DNA of 64,000 bases, taken from contig JBLWGC010000140.1 in assembly GCA_048772705.1 (NCBI GenBank), forward strand, positions 248,001 through 312,000, in the 5' to 3' direction. Shown in pieces: positions 61,672-64,000 of the stretch. Origin of the DNA: Leidyana gryllorum EB-2025a (lineage: Eukaryota; Protista; Apicomplexa). Each line of letters starts with the position of its first letter. Within the stretch, counting starts at the first letter, position 1. The notes beneath the pieces were generated by a model. It did not search any database, had not been told where the DNA came from, and saw only the letters and a list, made by a program, of their open reading frames with translations. The position numbers and the translations under genes are program-made.

Positions 61672-63690
61672 TTAAGACTGTGGGCTCGGCTTTGGTGTGT
61701 TCTCAATGTCTGATGTCTCCCCACAGGTGCGATCATGCGTCTCCGTTTGGTCCAGCTGTACACCCACAACGCGTATGGGGAGATCGGTGTAATCCAACAA
61801 GTGCGCGTTTGGCCCAAAAAGGTAGAACAATGCGTTTGTACCTTCGGGGAGGTGTGACTGTGTGCTCTCGACCAATTCTGCAACGCCTTTTGGATCGATC
61901 ATCCCAACATGGAATAGTTCCAGGAAATACTTTGTGGGAGACAGTGTCAACCATCGATATTGAGAACAATTCTGGAGCAATTTTATGGCGTTGGGTCCTG
62001 GATCAAATCGGGTGGGGCAGTGATCGAGTTTCAGGGATGGCACTTCGAACACTTTATTCACAATGCGACGGGCAGCCACTTTGATTCCTTTGTCGGCCGA
62101 GCTGAATGGTACGAAGACGTTTGAGAGACAGTAATTTGTGAGTTTGCCTAATGGGCACCACAAAGTGATGTCGTCACCTCTCAGATGTGACAGGATGTGG
62201 ATGGATCCATTGTCGGCCCAAAGGGTGAAGGGCTTCAGGAACGTGAGGCTGCGACGAATAGTCACCCGCGACTTACCCCGTGCACGAAGGGAAAAGGGAA
62301 CTGTGATCACAAGTGGAGAGGTGTTGGGCTTTGTATCCATCCAGACAACGTTGAGGGTAAAGTATCTCACAAGCTGAATTTTGTTGGCCCACTGATGGGA
62401 GCAGAGTTTGGTGAGCAGGTCTCCGCCCCATTCGCATGGGTGGAGTTTGGCTGTGTGATTGCTGTCTAGAAGCGTCAAGCATCTTTTGTTATCTTTGGTT
62501 GTTGTTAGAGTTATCAGTGTTTTGTAACGTGGACGGCTTATTGCAAGATTGTTCGCAAAGTGAGTGTCCAGAAATCCCCGGATGTGGTAGTCCCACTCGA
62601 CAATGAACTCACATTTGTTATGTGATTCTTCCCCTTCAAACCAGTGCGTGATCGCTCGCAGATCCGCCAAGCTCGGCTGCTCGTACTGGATAGCATCAGG
62701 AGAGGGAATGAAAAGCACAGTCTGACGGCTACCGCCTTTTGGGGCAGAGATGATCAAACGGTCCACGTTGCTCATGAAGTCATCACGAGACTCCATGCCA
62801 ATGACTCTCCCAATACGCGCTCTGCTGATCAATGTGTGCAAATGAAACTCTGCGGGGCCATTGAGTTCCCAACCCCAGCATTTAACGACAAGGCGAACCT
62901 CGAGAGCCACTTTCTTCGCATCCAATTGAGAGCGGATTTGTTGGGTCAGCTGCGCCACGTCTCCTAACGCCATCAGGCCTTGAACGAGTAGTCGAAGTTC
63001 GTACCAATCTTTCTCAGCCCTGTAGATCACTTGGCGAGCCGCACAGTACCTCAGAAAGTTAGCACAATAGGCGCACACCCGCAGGGTTATGTCTTCCGTC
63101 AGTACGATGGATGCACTGATGATCGCTTCGTCGGTGCGCAGTCTCACCATCGGTATTCTGGGTCCATCGGTATCATCACCCTGCTGATCCACGTCGGAAG
63201 AGACCTCAATCATTCCGTCAGCCTCGGTCGAGGTGAGAAAGCCCTCCGCAGTCGCGTAGCTGCACGACTGGGCTGAAGTTTCGGCTGGCCTCACACCCTT
63301 TCCTACCGATTTTCTTCTGCGCGACCCGGATGCCTCGTCGGCAGCAGAATGCCGTATAGCCACCACCCGTCCACTCAGATCATAGAATATGTGAATCAGC
63401 GGTCCTCGGTGGTCCTCCATCCTGGTGGCCTTTCCTTCCTCGGCTCGCTCGCGAACGACGGCTTGTCCTTCCCTAAATCGTGTCAAACATAGACTTCTCC
63501 ACCGCGAGATGTTCAGCATAGTGCGCGAAGAGTGATAACAAGAAGTTCCTTTGCCTCCACCTACAACAAATGCCACCAATGATATAGTGCGTCTGAATGA
63601 CATTTCTGGAGAAAAGCTGTTGGCCTTCCCAGCGATGACCCTCGGCGTTTCGCACACAACATACCTCGACATCACGAGGCGGTATTTCAT
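61672..63690 (-). CDS. Intronless hypothetical protein, paralog B of the same family
   Basis: 672-aa ORF; colinear similarity to ORF 59369..61258. The true start may be an internal Met. Confidence 0.8.
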   Translation of the reverse strand: MKYRLVMSRYVVCETPRVIAGKANSFSPEMSFRRTISLVAFVVGGGKGTSCYHSSRTMLNISRWRSLCLTRFREGQAVVRERAEEGKATRMEDHRGPLIHIFYDLSGRVVAIRHSAADEASGSRRRKSVGKGVRPAETSAQSCSYATAEGFLTSTEADGMIEVSSDVDQQGDDTDGPRIPMVRLRTDEAIISASIVLTEDITLRVCAYCANFLRYCAARQVIYRAEKDWYELRLLVQGLMALGDVAQLTQQIRSQLDAKKVALEVRLVVKCWGWELNGPAEFHLHTLISRARIGRVIGMESRDDFMSNVDRLIISAPKGGSRQTVLFIPSPDAIQYEQPSLADLRAITHWFEGEESHNKCEFIVEWDYHIRGFLDTHFANNLAISRPRYKTLITLTTTKDNKRCLTLLDSNHTAKLHPCEWGGDLLTKLCSHQWANKIQLVRYFTLNVVWMDTKPNTSPLVITVPFSLRARGKSRVTIRRSLTFLKPFTLWADNGSIHILSHLRGDDITLWCPLGKLTNYCLSNVFVPFSSADKGIKVAARRIVNKVFEVPSLKLDHCPTRFDPGPNAIKLLQNCSQYRWLTLSPTKYFLELFHVGMIDPKGVAELVESTQSHLPEGTNALFYLFGPNAHLLDYTDLPIRVVGVQLDQTETHDRTCGETSDIENTPKPSPQS

Positions 63691-64000
63691 TCATGGGGAC
63701 AGCAGAAGCTCGTCAACTATACTGATGAAGTGTTCGTCCTCAAAACTCGTCGTCTACCGAGTTGTCGCCCTCTGATCAATTGAGCGATCTCCTCAATCAG
63801 CTGTCTGCATCCGTTGTCGAGCTCCCATATTCTTGAGCGATCAGCTGTCTGCATCAGTTATCGCCCTTCCCCATTCATTCGCACTGAGTTGTCGCAGGGC
63901 GATTAATTGAGTGTTCGGACGGCTCGAATAGCCGCCTGGGGTGTCAACACTTGAGTGTGAGCTAGACGTTCTGGCCAAGTCGTCGCCTGTGGACAGCATT

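Overview
Eukaryotic nuclear DNA in the standard genetic code (TAA, TAG and TGA are all used as stops). It is extremely gene-dense, with many short GT-AG introns (mostly about 35-60 bp) and a few longer introns carrying GT/CA microsatellites. An IMC sub-compartment protein (ISP) and a Cys-repeat oocyst wall protein point to an apicomplexan or close relative; the compactness suggests a gregarine-like lineage, but the species cannot be named from sequence alone. About 32 protein genes were reconstructed by eye: eIF4E-like, BOP1, bromodomain-ET, KNL1-like, GIGYF-like, ABCG, BMT5-like, LIS1-like, TFB4, Rab1, two LC8 dynein light chains, ISP, RPLP2, a dual-specificity phosphatase, SNW1, an MBOAT, a pseudokinase, Rab6, aconitase, a cold-shock protein, BT1, an oocyst wall protein, a SNARE and several hypotheticals. 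The most notable observations are: (1) a LIS1 homolog spliced in-frame to a ~700-aa basic tail with SxIP-like motifs; (2) a candidate KNL1/Spc105 whose SILK/RVxF exon is hidden in a short ORF; (3) a pair of intronless, divergent paralogs of a family I do not recognise, with an internally repeated module; (4) head-to-tail gene gaps as small as 8-13 bp and overlapping convergent stops; (5) a two-module 34/24-bp satellite. Gene models are manual and unvalidated, and no rRNA, tRNA, CRISPR array or transposon was recognised.
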